A stretch of 29,277 nt of DNA, taken from positions 1 through 29,277 of the forward strand of contig CBFGIT010000031.1 of the NCBI GenBank assembly GCA_965648905.1, read 5' to 3'. Made by a program: the position numbers and the translations under genes. Below are positions 17,342-26,906 of this stretch, piece by piece. The number at the start of each line of letters is the position of its first letter. The stretch's first letter is position 1. Source of the stretch: a candidate division WOR-3 bacterium (lineage in GTDB: Bacteria; Hydrothermota; Tepidihabitantia; Tepidihabitantales; Tepidihabitantaceae). The notes below the pieces were generated by a model. That model made no database searches. It worked only from the letters and a program-made list of their open reading frames with translations, and was not told the origin of the DNA.

Positions 17342-18733
17342 CTATATCTTCAGGTTCAGCTCCAGGCCGGGCAGATGCGCGGTGTAGGCTGCGGCCGGGT
17401 CCCGGTGGCGCACGAGCGAGTACTTGAGCTGGACCGAATTCTGCAACGTGAGGCGGCGCACGAGGAGCAGCGAGCCGATGACCTCAGTTGCGTCGAGTCG
17501 CTCGTCGGCCTGCAGCGTTGCCGGGTCGTCGGTACGGGTATTGCGGCGCCATTCGCCGTCGACACCCAGGCTGGTTCCATACCACGGCTCGCAGCGGATG
17601 CTCATGGTCACGACCCGGAAGTCGCCGGGGTACTTCCCGCCCGTGAACTCGGTACCGACCATCGGCACCAGCTCACGCAGGAACTTGACGTAGCCCGACG
17701 CACTCGCGGTCACGCGGCCGAAGGCGATGTTCCGACGGGCGGCAAAGAACCGTAAGCCTTGGCGGTTGCGGCCGACGGTCAGGGCGCGGTACAGAGGCAG
17801 GAAGTTCGGCTCAAAGCGCAGGTAGTGCATCTGCAGGTCGAGGTTCTCGCGGTCGCCGAGGCGAAGCCCTGTGCTCATGCCGGCGTCGGACAGCTCGGGG
17901 TCGGCCAGGGCGAGGTTGTCGTCGCGCATACTGTACGCGACCTCGGCGACGACGGCAACCGGTTCGAGCACGGGCAGACTCAGGTCGAAGCTTGCAACGT
18001 CGCTGCGCAGCGGCGGATTTGCCGCCTGACCGACCGAGCCTTTGTCGTCGGTGACGCGCAGGCCGGTGATACCAAAGCACGCCGTCGAAGTCAGCCACGG
18101 CACCAGAGGTTCGTAGCGCAGGCGCACGCCACCCAAGTACTGGGCGTAGGACCGGCCGGCGCTGGGCAGCGCAGTGCGGGCCAAGAGCAGGGTCGCGTGC
18201 AGCGGCCCCGGAGCGAGAACGAGCCGGGTGCCTTCCAGCCGGTAGTCGGCCGAGAAGTCCTCAAGGCTGTTGCCACGCAGACCACCGACCGCAACGGCGC
18301 AGCAACTGGAGCCGGAACCAAGCGGGTTGTCGTCCAGGTCCCAGCGCATCAGGGTCAATGGCGTGAAACTCGCGTCGAAGGCGCCGGCGGTGATGTCGGC
18401 AATGCCCTGCTCGAACCGCGCCCACCACCAGCCGCCGGCCAGCCGGCCCGACACCAGGTCAGGCGGGAACAGGGTCGCATCCGCGTCCTCGTTCGACACC
18501 CGCAGCGCCGTGCCCAATTTGAGTCGTTCGGTGGCGCGAAAGGTAGCACCGAGCTCCAGGCGCGAGCGGAAGTCGAAACCGGTCTTCAGCCGCTCGCCGC
18601 TGATGCCATCGATGGAGTCGCCCGGCGCCCCGATCAGCCGAAACCGCATCCGCGCCAGCGCACTTACGTCGAGTCGGTCGCCGACCGCGAACGCCCCGGC
18701 CAGAGAGCAGAGCAGTGCCAGCGCCGTCAACAA
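17342..18733 (-). CDS. Predicted outer-membrane beta-barrel protein with SSCC motif
   Basis: Signal-like LLTALALLCSLAGAFA, alternating hydrophobic strands, C-terminal LELNLKI. TTG 18733 follows GGGAG; start uncertain (track gives 18865). Confidence 0.6.
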   Translation of the reverse strand: MLTALALLCSLAGAFAVGDRLDVSALARMRFRLIGAPGDSIDGISGERLKTGFDFRSRLELGATFRATERLKLGTALRVSNEDADATLFPPDLVSGRLAGGWWWARFEQGIADITAGAFDASFTPLTLMRWDLDDNPLGSGSSCCAVAVGGLRGNSLEDFSADYRLEGTRLVLAPGPLHATLLLARTALPSAGRSYAQYLGGVRLRYEPLVPWLTSTACFGITGLRVTDDKGSVGQAANPPLRSDVASFDLSLPVLEPVAVVAEVAYSMRDDNLALADPELSDAGMSTGLRLGDRENLDLQMHYLRFEPNFLPLYRALTVGRNRQGLRFFAARRNIAFGRVTASASGYVKFLRELVPMVGTEFTGGKYPGDFRVVTMSIRCEPWYGTSLGVDGEWRRNTRTDDPATLQADERLDATEVIGSLLLVRRLTLQNSVQLKYSLVRHRDPAAAYTAHLPGLELNLKI

Positions 18734-18852
18734 CCGCGACTCCCGGATACCAGTGGTCGCGAACCGCGCGACCCAGCGGATGCGGGGTGCGGTTGAACCG
18801 GTTGGGAAGTCGACGGTGGCGTCAGGCGATGCCGGCGCGTTTTCGGACAGAC

Positions 18853-18892
18853 CATTTGTGCACAAGGATACACATGTCGGTCAGACGGTCAA
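18853..18892 (-). promoter_or_regulatory. Promoter with second copy of the putative ArsR operator
   Basis: TTGACC(18892-18887)-N16-TATCCT(18870-18865); ACATGTGTATCCTTGTGCACAAATG matches the arsR site ATATGTGTATGTTTTTGCACATATG at 20/25 positions, in the same register relative to the -35. Confidence 0.75.
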
Positions 18893-18920
18893 GCCTTGCG
18901 CTGCGGAAGCGGCGGGGAAG

Positions 18921-19541
18921 CTATCTTGCGCCCAGCTCGGCTCGCGCGCTGTCCAGATTTTCCCGTACCAGGTCACGCAGACTGTCGAGTTCCTCTTCGG
19001 TTTCGACCGAGTCCATCTCGGCGAGCAGAGCGAGTGCCTCGGCAACGTAGCGGTGGAACGGGGCAAGCTCACTTTCGGCCCCGGGGCCGAGTCGTTCCTG
19101 CAGCAGCTCGGCCTTCTCCTGGAGTTCTTCGACGCGGGCAACCGCTGCCTCGGCAAAGTTGGGCAACCTCTCCGGCGTCAGATGTCGGTCAAGCGGGTCT
19201 GGTCTTGACGCCAGTCCGATGACCGCGGCGAGGGCGGCAAGCGTCACGGCTGAGCCGAGCACGAGCGCGGCCAGGGGCCGACCACGCGCCTTGTGCTGCT
19301 GTCGGATGAGCAGTACACCAACCACGATGCCCGGTATGCCGAGCAGCCCGAGCCAGACCGAGAGGCGTTCAAGGTCCGGGCCGGTGCCCGGCATCGTGGG
19401 TGGCGGTGGTGGCGGCCGATTCGGCGACTGGGTGTTGGCGTGAATTGTCAGCCGTTCGGTCTTCTCCAGGCGGGTTCTGCACTCTCGACAGAACCTGACC
19501 TTTGCGGGATTCTCCGCGCCACATGCTGGACAAAAAGGCAT
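18921..19541 (-). CDS. Zinc-ribbon domain membrane protein
   Basis: MPFCPACGAENPAKVRFCRECRTRL, poly-Pro linker, two TM helices, acidic helical tail. Confidence 0.8.
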   Translation of the reverse strand: MPFCPACGAENPAKVRFCRECRTRLEKTERLTIHANTQSPNRPPPPPPTMPGTGPDLERLSVWLGLLGIPGIVVGVLLIRQQHKARGRPLAALVLGSAVTLAALAAVIGLASRPDPLDRHLTPERLPNFAEAAVARVEELQEKAELLQERLGPGAESELAPFHRYVAEALALLAEMDSVETEEELDSLRDLVRENLDSARAELGAR

Positions 19542-19575
19542 TTCGTTGGCTCACTTTCTAGCGAAGTCGGGCGCT

Positions 19576-19603
19576 AGAATAGCGACCTGAGGCCGGCAGT
19601 CAA
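19576..19603 (-). promoter_or_regulatory. Sigma70-type promoter for the zinc-ribbon gene
   Basis: TTGACT-N16-TATTCT. Confidence 0.55.
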
Positions 19604-19700
19604 GAGGACGCTGTCCGTGGGCTGCGGCAGACGTTCCCGTTCTACCGAAGAACCGGCCCGGTATGCGAATCCCTTAGGACGCAGGACCAGCAGGGTCGTG

Positions 19701-22379
19701 TCAGCGGAGCACGACTAACTTCCGGGTTAGCTTCTCATCACCGGCTTGCAGTTGAAGCAGGAAGATGCCGGTTGGGAGGTCGAGAACGAATTCCCCCCGC
19801 TGGTCAAAGACCCCGGACCTTACAAGCCGACCGGCCACGTCCTGAATCGTCAGTCTAACCGCGCCACTCAGGCAGAAGTGCGCTGGCCCCGTGAGACTGA
19901 TGACTACCCGGCCGGCACGAACGTGACTGGGCAAAGTCAGTCGCCCGCCACGGGCGTCCCGGGATGTTGCGGATTGAGCACCGGTCTGTGCAATTGAGCC
20001 AGAGGCTGGAGCCTCGTGCGTCGGGACATACTGCCAGAACTCATTGCACTTGTTGCCCTTGAGCGCAAGAAACTGCTCTCGGCTGCATGCGATCAGGCTG
20101 CCGCCGCCCTTGACCCGTTTTTTCCTGCCGGTCGAACCGAATTGAGGAATCGTCTCAAGCTCTGCCCAGGAGTCGCCGGCCAGCGAGTAGCGCCAGAACT
20201 CGCATGTGTTCCCGCCTTTGAGTGCGTAGATGTAGCCGTCGGCCAACGCGCCGCTGCCGCCGTCCTTAGATTTCTTGTTCTTTCCGGCCCGGTTGACGTA
20301 GGGCATGGACTTGAGCTGGACGTCGCTCCAGGTTCCCGACGCCATATCGTACCTCCAGAGCTCGTGCCTCTTGGCCTTGTGAGCGTAGATTGTCTGCATC
20401 CCGTCGTAGGCCAACCACGAGCCTTTGTCCCACTTGGGGTTGGCACCGTTTGGAGCTTCCGTCAGCATCTCCCAGGAGTCGGTCACGGTACTGTAGCGGC
20501 AGAATTCATTCTTGTAGCCCTTGAGGAGGTAAACATAGCTGACATCGCCGACATCAGCGCATACCACGGCAGACCCGCCTTTGATCTTCTTGTTGCTGGG
20601 CCCCAGTGGAACGTCGCGCATCTGGGTCCAGGAATCGCCGGCGATGTCATAGCGCCAGAATCCCAGGCTGTTGCTGCCCTTGACCGCGTAGACGCTGCCG
20701 CGGCCATCTGCCACGCCGACCGCGCCTTTCTTGGGTGCTTTGCGTTCGCTGCCCTCAGGCCAGACGGCGAGTTGGACCCAGGTGTCCCCTTCCGGGTGGT
20801 AGCAGTAGAAATCCTTGGTACCGCCGCCCTTGGCTGCGTAGACCACGCCCGAAGCCGGGTCACGTGCCAGCCAGGCGCCGTCCCGGGCCGCTTTGCCCGA
20901 AGGCATGCTCGGGACCGCCGCGACCTCCTTCCAGCCGGTCACAGTCTGAGTGCCGCCGGTCCATACCACAAAGTGGCGGCTCATCGTGTCGTTGGCCGGC
21001 TGAGTGTCGTTGGCGGTGAAAGTGGAGCAACGAGCCAGCCACCGGCCGGTGTCCACGCCAACGTTGTGTCCTTCGAAAACCAGCACGGTGTCGGCGCCAG
21101 GAGCGAGGGCGCTGACACTGATTGACTGACTGCTGATTCTGGCTTTGGCGGGGTTCTCGATGGAGAACTGGGCGACGAAGTCAACCGCGGTCGTCGAGCC
21201 GTTATGCCAGCGCGCCCTGGGTTTGACTACCGAATTGGTGTCGACCCAGTTTCCTGGTTCCAATATCTCCGTGACTCCGACATCTCGCCCAGCCAAGACG
21301 CCGGCAACGCGGAAGCTGTTGGAGCGAACGTCGTTCTCCCGATTGATGTCATCCGTGGCGTAGGTTGAGCAGATTGCTGTCCAGCGTCCGGTATCGGTCC
21401 CGATCGTCACAGCCGGGAATGCCAAGGCCGTATCCCGCAGACCGGCGAGCGAGGCAACGATAAGTGATTCTGAGTAGACTCTGGCACCGCCTGGCCGAGT
21501 CACGATGAAGTAGGCGACGAAACTCGTCGCCTGAGCCTGGCAGTTTCGCCACCGGCCGATGGGCACGACCAGCTCGCCCGGCTGGATTGTTCCAGTCGGA
21601 GCGATGACTTGCTCGGCACTGACATCGGTTGCCGGGGGTGGCGAGTAGTAGATGGAGAGATAGGGCTGGTAGACGCCCCCGGGTCCGCCGCCGGACCCAT
21701 AGGCGTAGCCCCAGTTGGTGTTCTGGTTCTCGTACTCGTGGAGGCCGAGAGCAACCCAGTCCGACACGAGCCGTGCCTGGACCGCGGCGACACCTGTGCT
21801 ATTCAGGGTGCGGGTCTGCCAGCCGACCCCGTGACCGTAGTCAGGGGCAACGAGCGTGCCGGTAGTGATGTCGTTCCACAGGGTCGCCGCGTTCGCGGTC
21901 ACCGGGTCAGAGGTGACTAGGCGGACGTACGTTCTTGGCATCTCGCCAATCTGGTAGCAGTAGTAGTAGAAGTGAACCGCGGTGAGTGTCGCTCGGTCGG
22001 GAATCGGTGAGAGGTCGAACTTTGCCCACGCCTGACGACGGTCTTGGCTTGATGCTTGTCCGCCCCTGAAGTAGAGGTCGCCTCCGCTCTTGGTGTAGTC
22101 GGCGTTCCGAAATTTGACGTTACCTGTCCAATACTCCTCGCTTTGTGGATAAGAATTCCTTACCGAGTCGGCATCAATCGGCACCCAGGCCCCGGAGGGA
22201 CCGCGCTGGTGTATCGGCGCAGAATATACGTGGGTATTGTAACAGCCATTGTCCAACAAGAATGTCCGCGAAAACGGTGTGCGCAGTTCAGGCTGCTCGC
22301 CAGCGAAAGCCGCGGCAGCCGCCAACAACGCAAGCCAAGGTGTGGCGGTACGAACGAAGCGAATGTGGCGTTGCATCAT
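19701..22379 (-). CDS. Secreted T9SS type-A sorting domain protein (DNRLRE-like, two CARDB/Ig-like, Kelch propeller)
   Basis: Signal peptide; AWAKFDLSPIP...PYLSIYY; two DV...I..P Ig repeats; repeated Y/L-A-x-K-G...F-W-x-Y-D...W blades; C-terminal IQDVAGRLV...LPTGIFLL...RKLVVLR. Confidence 0.88.
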   Translation of the reverse strand: MMQRHIRFVRTATPWLALLAAAAAFAGEQPELRTPFSRTFLLDNGCYNTHVYSAPIHQRGPSGAWVPIDADSVRNSYPQSEEYWTGNVKFRNADYTKSGGDLYFRGGQASSQDRRQAWAKFDLSPIPDRATLTAVHFYYYCYQIGEMPRTYVRLVTSDPVTANAATLWNDITTGTLVAPDYGHGVGWQTRTLNSTGVAAVQARLVSDWVALGLHEYENQNTNWGYAYGSGGGPGGVYQPYLSIYYSPPPATDVSAEQVIAPTGTIQPGELVVPIGRWRNCQAQATSFVAYFIVTRPGGARVYSESLIVASLAGLRDTALAFPAVTIGTDTGRWTAICSTYATDDINRENDVRSNSFRVAGVLAGRDVGVTEILEPGNWVDTNSVVKPRARWHNGSTTAVDFVAQFSIENPAKARISSQSISVSALAPGADTVLVFEGHNVGVDTGRWLARCSTFTANDTQPANDTMSRHFVVWTGGTQTVTGWKEVAAVPSMPSGKAARDGAWLARDPASGVVYAAKGGGTKDFYCYHPEGDTWVQLAVWPEGSERKAPKKGAVGVADGRGSVYAVKGSNSLGFWRYDIAGDSWTQMRDVPLGPSNKKIKGGSAVVCADVGDVSYVYLLKGYKNEFCRYSTVTDSWEMLTEAPNGANPKWDKGSWLAYDGMQTIYAHKAKRHELWRYDMASGTWSDVQLKSMPYVNRAGKNKKSKDGGSGALADGYIYALKGGNTCEFWRYSLAGDSWAELETIPQFGSTGRKKRVKGGGSLIACSREQFLALKGNKCNEFWQYVPTHEAPASGSIAQTGAQSATSRDARGGRLTLPSHVRAGRVVISLTGPAHFCLSGAVRLTIQDVAGRLVRSGVFDQRGEFVLDLPTGIFLLQLQAGDEKLTRKLVVLR

Positions 22380-22482
22380 ATCCCCTTGTCTAATTGTCTT
22401 GTGTCCGGTGCGCCCCCGGGCTTACGCCGCAGCGGATTATCAAACTGACCGGCCTTACGTCAGGCCGTGACTACTGCTAATA

Positions 22483-22511
22483 ATTGTACCAGAATGAGGA
22501 CCATGGTTCAA
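22483..22511 (-). promoter_or_regulatory. Sigma70-type promoter for the T9SS protein
   Basis: TTGAAC-N17-TACAAT in an AT-richer intergenic region. Confidence 0.55.
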
Positions 22512-22556
22512 GGATGGTCGGGAACCGGCGGAATCTCAAAATGAAAGCGGGGTGTG

Positions 22557-23126
22557 TCAGCGGCCGTGTGCCAGACCGCGCGACAGTTCGATTGCCAGGT
22601 TTGCCACCCAGTCCGGGTCAGGGCCCAGAATAAAGAACAGCGGCTCTTTGCCCCAGCCGCGGGTTTCGTAGCAGATGGGCGGGACACTGCCGTGCTGCTC
22701 GACCAGGCGCCTTACCTTCCACGGGATGGAGCTACGGTCTCGGCCAATCAGTTCGTCAGGCTCGGTTGCCCGGTCGACACCGCCGAGTCTAAGTCCGTGG
22801 GCGCTGGCGTACGACCGGACGAACTCGAAGATGGTTTCGTTCCAGCGGAAGTTAAGTCCGGCCCGGATGGTCGGTTCATGCCTGCTTGCCTCGATGACCA
22901 GCCGTGCCATGTGGTCTGAGACGCCAAACCGCACCGGGCCTGAGGCTTTGGGTGCTCCACCGACCACGGTGATGCGGCCATCAACACCCGCGACCTGGGC
23001 CGGTTCATTGGCATGCTCTCTGGCGTAGACGAAGTTGACCCGCACCTCCGGGACAAGCAGGGCGAACTCAGGGCACGCCTCAAGCCGCCGTACTGCCTGT
23101 TCAAGGCGTTCGAGGACCTCGTTCAC
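22557..23126 (-). CDS. thiN: ThiN-type thiamine-phosphate synthase domain protein
   Basis: LLVPEVRVNFVYA...VAGVDGRIT...FGVSDHMAR...GWGKEP motifs. Confidence 0.85.
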   Translation of the reverse strand: MNEVLERLEQAVRRLEACPEFALLVPEVRVNFVYAREHANEPAQVAGVDGRITVVGGAPKASGPVRFGVSDHMARLVIEASRHEPTIRAGLNFRWNETIFEFVRSYASAHGLRLGGVDRATEPDELIGRDRSSIPWKVRRLVEQHGSVPPICYETRGWGKEPLFFILGPDPDWVANLAIELSRGLAHGR

Positions 23127-24169
23127 GCTCCGATTGCCTTGAAGTAAGCTGCCCAGAACGGGTCGGTGACCGGGTGAACCAGGGGTTGTTCGCGGCCGTT
23201 CTCGACCAGGGTTCGGCCCTTGCGCGTCACTTCGCCAATGACTGCAGACGGAATGCGCTTCTGCTTAAGCGCGGCCAGGATGGCGTCGGAATAGCCCGGT
23301 CGGCACATGATGATGAGCGTTCCTTCGCTGATGGACTTGTACGGGTCTATGCCGTAGAAGTCGCAGACCTCCAGAACGCAGGGCAGTACCGGCACCGCTT
23401 CCTTCACCACTCTCAGACCGAACCCGCCGGCCTGCGCCATCTCGTACAGCCCGCCCCAGAGCCCGCATTCGGTTGCGTCGTGCATGGCGGTGACGCCTCG
23501 GTCTCGTGTCCCGACACTCGTGGCGGCCAAGGCATCCTCGACAACGGTCATCTGCCAGAACAGCTTTTCAGCCCGGCGGGCAAATGCCGAGCCGAACTTC
23601 TCGGCGAGCCGGTCTGGGAACATAGCCGCGAAGATGCCGGCGGCCTCCACTGCCGGGCCTTTGGTGACGATGATTGAATCGCCGGGCCGGACAAACTCGG
23701 GGGAGACATACTCGGAAAGCCCGCCTTCGGCAATCGCGGTCGCACCGCCGACCATCGGATAACCGCAGTTGCCGTACCGCGCAGTGTGGCCGGTGACAAC
23801 CGAAACGCCGTAGCGCCGGCATTCCTGGTGGATGGTCTTCCAGACAATCTCCAACTGCTCCTCGGTCATCTGCATCGGCAGGTTCAGGTCAATCGCCAAA
23901 TACTTGGGCTTGAGCCCGCTGGTCACGACGTCGGAAAGGAGGATGTGAATCGCAAACCACGCCGCCCGTTTCCAGCCGTACTCCGGGACGATGAAAACCG
24001 GGTCGGTCGTCAAAGCCAGAGCCCGATTCCCGACCCTGATGATGCCGGTGTCAACACCATGCATCGGGCCAACAAGCACGCTGCGGCTCTTCGCGCCGAG
24101 ACGCGGATAGATGAGTTCCTCAAAGACCTGCTGGGATATCTTGCCGACCGGGGGAAGCTTGACTCTCAT
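23123..24169 (-). CDS. AIR synthase-related (PurM-like) protein
   Basis: VGKIS...GVDTG...TTDP...SDVVTSG...GHTARY...AMHDATECGLWG...ISEGTL; GTGA overlap with thiN. Confidence 0.88.
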   Translation of the reverse strand: MRVKLPPVGKISQQVFEELIYPRLGAKSRSVLVGPMHGVDTGIIRVGNRALALTTDPVFIVPEYGWKRAAWFAIHILLSDVVTSGLKPKYLAIDLNLPMQMTEEQLEIVWKTIHQECRRYGVSVVTGHTARYGNCGYPMVGGATAIAEGGLSEYVSPEFVRPGDSIIVTKGPAVEAAGIFAAMFPDRLAEKFGSAFARRAEKLFWQMTVVEDALAATSVGTRDRGVTAMHDATECGLWGGLYEMAQAGGFGLRVVKEAVPVLPCVLEVCDFYGIDPYKSISEGTLIIMCRPGYSDAILAALKQKRIPSAVIGEVTRKGRTLVENGREQPLVHPVTDPFWAAYFKAIGA

Positions 24170-24203
24170 GCTGCAATTCTACGATGCTCTGCCGGTCAGT
24201 CAA
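24167..24203 (-). promoter_or_regulatory. Promoter giving a probably leaderless AIRS-thiN mRNA
   Basis: TTGACT-N16-TAGAAT-6 nt-ATG; no RBS. Confidence 0.7.
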
Positions 24204-24300
24204 TCGCCGGCGACGGATGGTGGACATTGACAAACCGATGCTGGGACAGAGAATTAGCTGTTGCCCTTGCCGGGCAGAATTACGAAAGGACACCGCTTCA

Positions 24301-25191
24301 ATGAGAATCAGCGCATTACTGCTTGCTCTTGCGCTGGCCGCGTCGGCCAACCTGCTGGTCAACGGCGACTTCGAGCAGCCGTTCAGCGTCGGCTGGCGGG
24401 ATACGGTCAGCGACTTCGGTGGCGAGTATCGCATCGAGCGCAGCGATACTCTGGGCCAGCCCGTTCCTGGTCATGCTGCCCGAGTGTACAAGTTTCTGGC
24501 CGAGTTTGCCAGCTTGTATCAGACCGTGGACGTACCGGGCCCGGATCTGAGCCTTGAATTCGACGCCCGTTTCAGCATCGACGGCGGGTCTTCGACCTGC
24601 TGGCCGGTCGCATCGCTCTGGGTCAGATACCAGAACGCGTTCGGAGCCGAGCTGGGCAACACCAGGTTCTACCGGCACAGCCCGTACGCGACCTGGGTGC
24701 GCAGCGACACGGTCAATCTGATTGAGGTTACGGATAACGGTGTCTGGCGTCACTATTCGCTTGACATCGCCCAGGAGCTGGCCACTAATCTGAGAGGAGT
24801 CAATCCTGCCCAGGTGCGCAAGGTGACGATTGACCTGTTCGCGTACGGCAGTGGGACCTGAGGGGGCCCGATGGCGGAGGTCTCCGCCGACCAGATTACG
24901 CTCACGGCCAGTGGTGTGGAAGAAGCGTCGAACTCGGCTCGGCCGAGCGACATCAGCGTGTGCCCGAACCCGGCCCGGGGAAGAACGATAGTGAACTGCT
25001 CCTTGTCCGAGGTCGGCCCGTCGAGCTGGGCCCTGTATGACGCAGCCGGCCGCAGCGTGCTCAGCTCGACGCTCAGGTCCGGGACATCGTCATTCCCGGT
25101 CGACCTCAGGACCGTGCCAGCCGGCGTGTACGTTCTCAAGCTCTCGGGTGCGGTGAACGGGACCGCAATGATCAACCGGCTTCCAGACTAG
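24301..25191 (+). CDS. Probable secreted selenoprotein with T9SS C-terminal domain (UGA 24859-24861 read as Sec; 296 aa)
   Basis: Signal peptide + NLLVNGDFE CBM-like domain ...FAYGSGT-TGA-GGPMAEVSADQITL... is in frame with a T9SS CTD (VCPNP...LYDAAGRSV...PAGVYVLKL); SECIS-like hairpin 11 nt after the TGA. Confidence 0.72.
24873..24888 (+). promoter_or_regulatory. Putative bacterial SECIS element
   Basis: GGCGG-AGGTCT-CCGCC hairpin starting 11 nt after the TGA; same spacing and AGGUCU apex as the E. coli fdhF SECIS, but without its bulged U. Confidence 0.65.
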
Positions 25192-26343
25192 GTGAAGGGC
25201 GTGTTCCGCTCCGGCCCGGTCCTGCTCCAACTGACACTCGCCTTGACCCTGCTTGGTTGTGGGACAAAGCAGACCGTCTGGCAGAGAGTAATTGATACTG
25301 GCGGTCACGAAGACGCAGCCGCGATCGCCGTAAGCGGGTTGCATCTCTACGTTGGCAGTACGGTCCGCAATCTTCACTCGGACGCAAGCGTCTGGCTGGT
25401 CACCAAGCTGAGCCGGGACGGCAACGAGGTCTGGTCCCGCCTGTACAAAGACTCGCCCCGGGCCGTGCTCGGAGACCTGGTCGCGGACGAGCGCGGCAGC
25501 GTTTTCGTTGTCGGGCGGGCTGAGTTCGACAGCAAGCAGCTCTGCCTCGTTGCTCGATACGGGTTTGACGGAACCCTGGAATGGCAGAAAGGGCTGGCCC
25601 TGGGCGACCGAACCTGGGGAACCGGGATCTGTCGGCTGTCGGGCAATCGGCTCGCGGTCTGCGGCATGGCCGGTACGAAAGATAATGCCGACCACATGGT
25701 CGCGGTGCTCGACGCCGGCGACGGCAGGACCATCTGGACCCGGAACCATGACATTGGTCCGACCGACCTGGCCGTGCGCATCTGTGCGGACGCCCGGGAC
25801 AACCTGGCAGTTGTCGGTCAGTATGCGAAGGACGACAACTCGGATATCATCGTCATGAAACTGAACGATAAGGGCGATACGGTCTGGACCCGGTACTATG
25901 ACTCGGGCGGCAATGACGAAGCGGGTGACATTGCCTTTGACCCGTTCGGCAACGTCGTTGTCACCGGTACGGCCCGGGTCGGCGATTCGACCCGCAGCAT
26001 TATCCTCGAATACGACGGCGACGGCGGGGTGATACGCAAGGCCGCGTACGGCAAACAGGCTCAGGCGACCGGTCGAGCCATCAACATCACACCCGAGGCC
26101 GATATCTTTGTCACCGGAACGCTGCTCGGCAGACCGAGCCAGGTACTGGTCTATCAGTACGTGCCCAATGCACTGTCGGTCTGGGAGCGGCACTACACTT
26201 CGGGCGGCGATGCCTCAGGCGCTGACCTGGTCGTGCTCAAGGATGCGTACGTCGCCGCCACGGTCGAGAACAAGACCCGCGACCTGGCGGTCTACTGCTT
26301 CTCCAAGCCACCGCCACTTTCCCCTGCCGGTACGAGACAGTAG
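25192..26343 (+). CDS. Lipoprotein with beta-propeller (SBBP-like) repeats
   Basis: Lipobox LLGC; repeated K-L/Y-D..G..W-x-R-x-Y-D and IAxD..GN.VVTG blades; GTG directly after the upstream TAG. Confidence 0.8.
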   Translation: MKGVFRSGPVLLQLTLALTLLGCGTKQTVWQRVIDTGGHEDAAAIAVSGLHLYVGSTVRNLHSDASVWLVTKLSRDGNEVWSRLYKDSPRAVLGDLVADERGSVFVVGRAEFDSKQLCLVARYGFDGTLEWQKGLALGDRTWGTGICRLSGNRLAVCGMAGTKDNADHMVAVLDAGDGRTIWTRNHDIGPTDLAVRICADARDNLAVVGQYAKDDNSDIIVMKLNDKGDTVWTRYYDSGGNDEAGDIAFDPFGNVVVTGTARVGDSTRSIILEYDGDGGVIRKAAYGKQAQATGRAINITPEADIFVTGTLLGRPSQVLVYQYVPNALSVWERHYTSGGDASGADLVVLKDAYVAATVENKTRDLAVYCFSKPPPLSPAGTRQ

Positions 26344-26351
26344 TCAGCCTG

Positions 26352-26864
26352 ATGATTCTTGAGCTCGAAGGCAGCACACCGCAGATTGCGCCTGACGTCT
26401 TTGTCGCTGCTAATGCCACAGTCATTGGTCAGGTTGCGATCGGCCGAGGTTCGAGCATCTGGTTCGGCACAGTAGTACGCGGCGACATGGCCTCGATAAC
26501 GGTCGGCGTTGACACCAATATTCAGGACCTGTCGATGGTTCACGTCGACTACGATACACCGACCGTGATCGGCAATCGGGTTGTTGTCGGCCACCGCGCC
26601 ATCATTCACGGTGCGACTGTGGAAGACGACTGTATCATCGGCATGGGCGCGATTCTGCTCAACCGGTCGCGGGTCGGTGCGGGCTCAATTATCGCGGCCG
26701 GCGCGGTCTTGCGCGAGGATTTCGTGGTTCCGCCCGGCAGCCTGGTGGCAGGCGTACCCGCGGTAGTCAAGCGGCCGCTCAATGCGGCTGAGACCGACCG
26801 GATCAAACGCAACGCCCAGGACTACGCGCTCCGCGCCCAGCGCTACCGCCAGACCCTGGGCTAG
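26352..26864 (+). CDS. Gamma carbonic anhydrase family protein (YrdA/PaaY-like)
   Basis: IWFGTVVRGD, NIQDLSMVH and VGHRAIIHG hexapeptide repeats. Confidence 0.93.
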   Translation: MILELEGSTPQIAPDVFVAANATVIGQVAIGRGSSIWFGTVVRGDMASITVGVDTNIQDLSMVHVDYDTPTVIGNRVVVGHRAIIHGATVEDDCIIGMGAILLNRSRVGAGSIIAAGAVLREDFVVPPGSLVAGVPAVVKRPLNAAETDRIKRNAQDYALRAQRYRQTLG

Positions 26865-26906
26865 CTGGCGGTTGCGGACCAGCACCAGAATCGACGCGGC
26901 CAATGC

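Noticed and set aside
24871..25191. Independent 106-aa T9SS-domain gene
   Set aside because: No signal peptide or RBS; a CTD alone could not be exported. Better explained as the C-terminus of 24301-25191.
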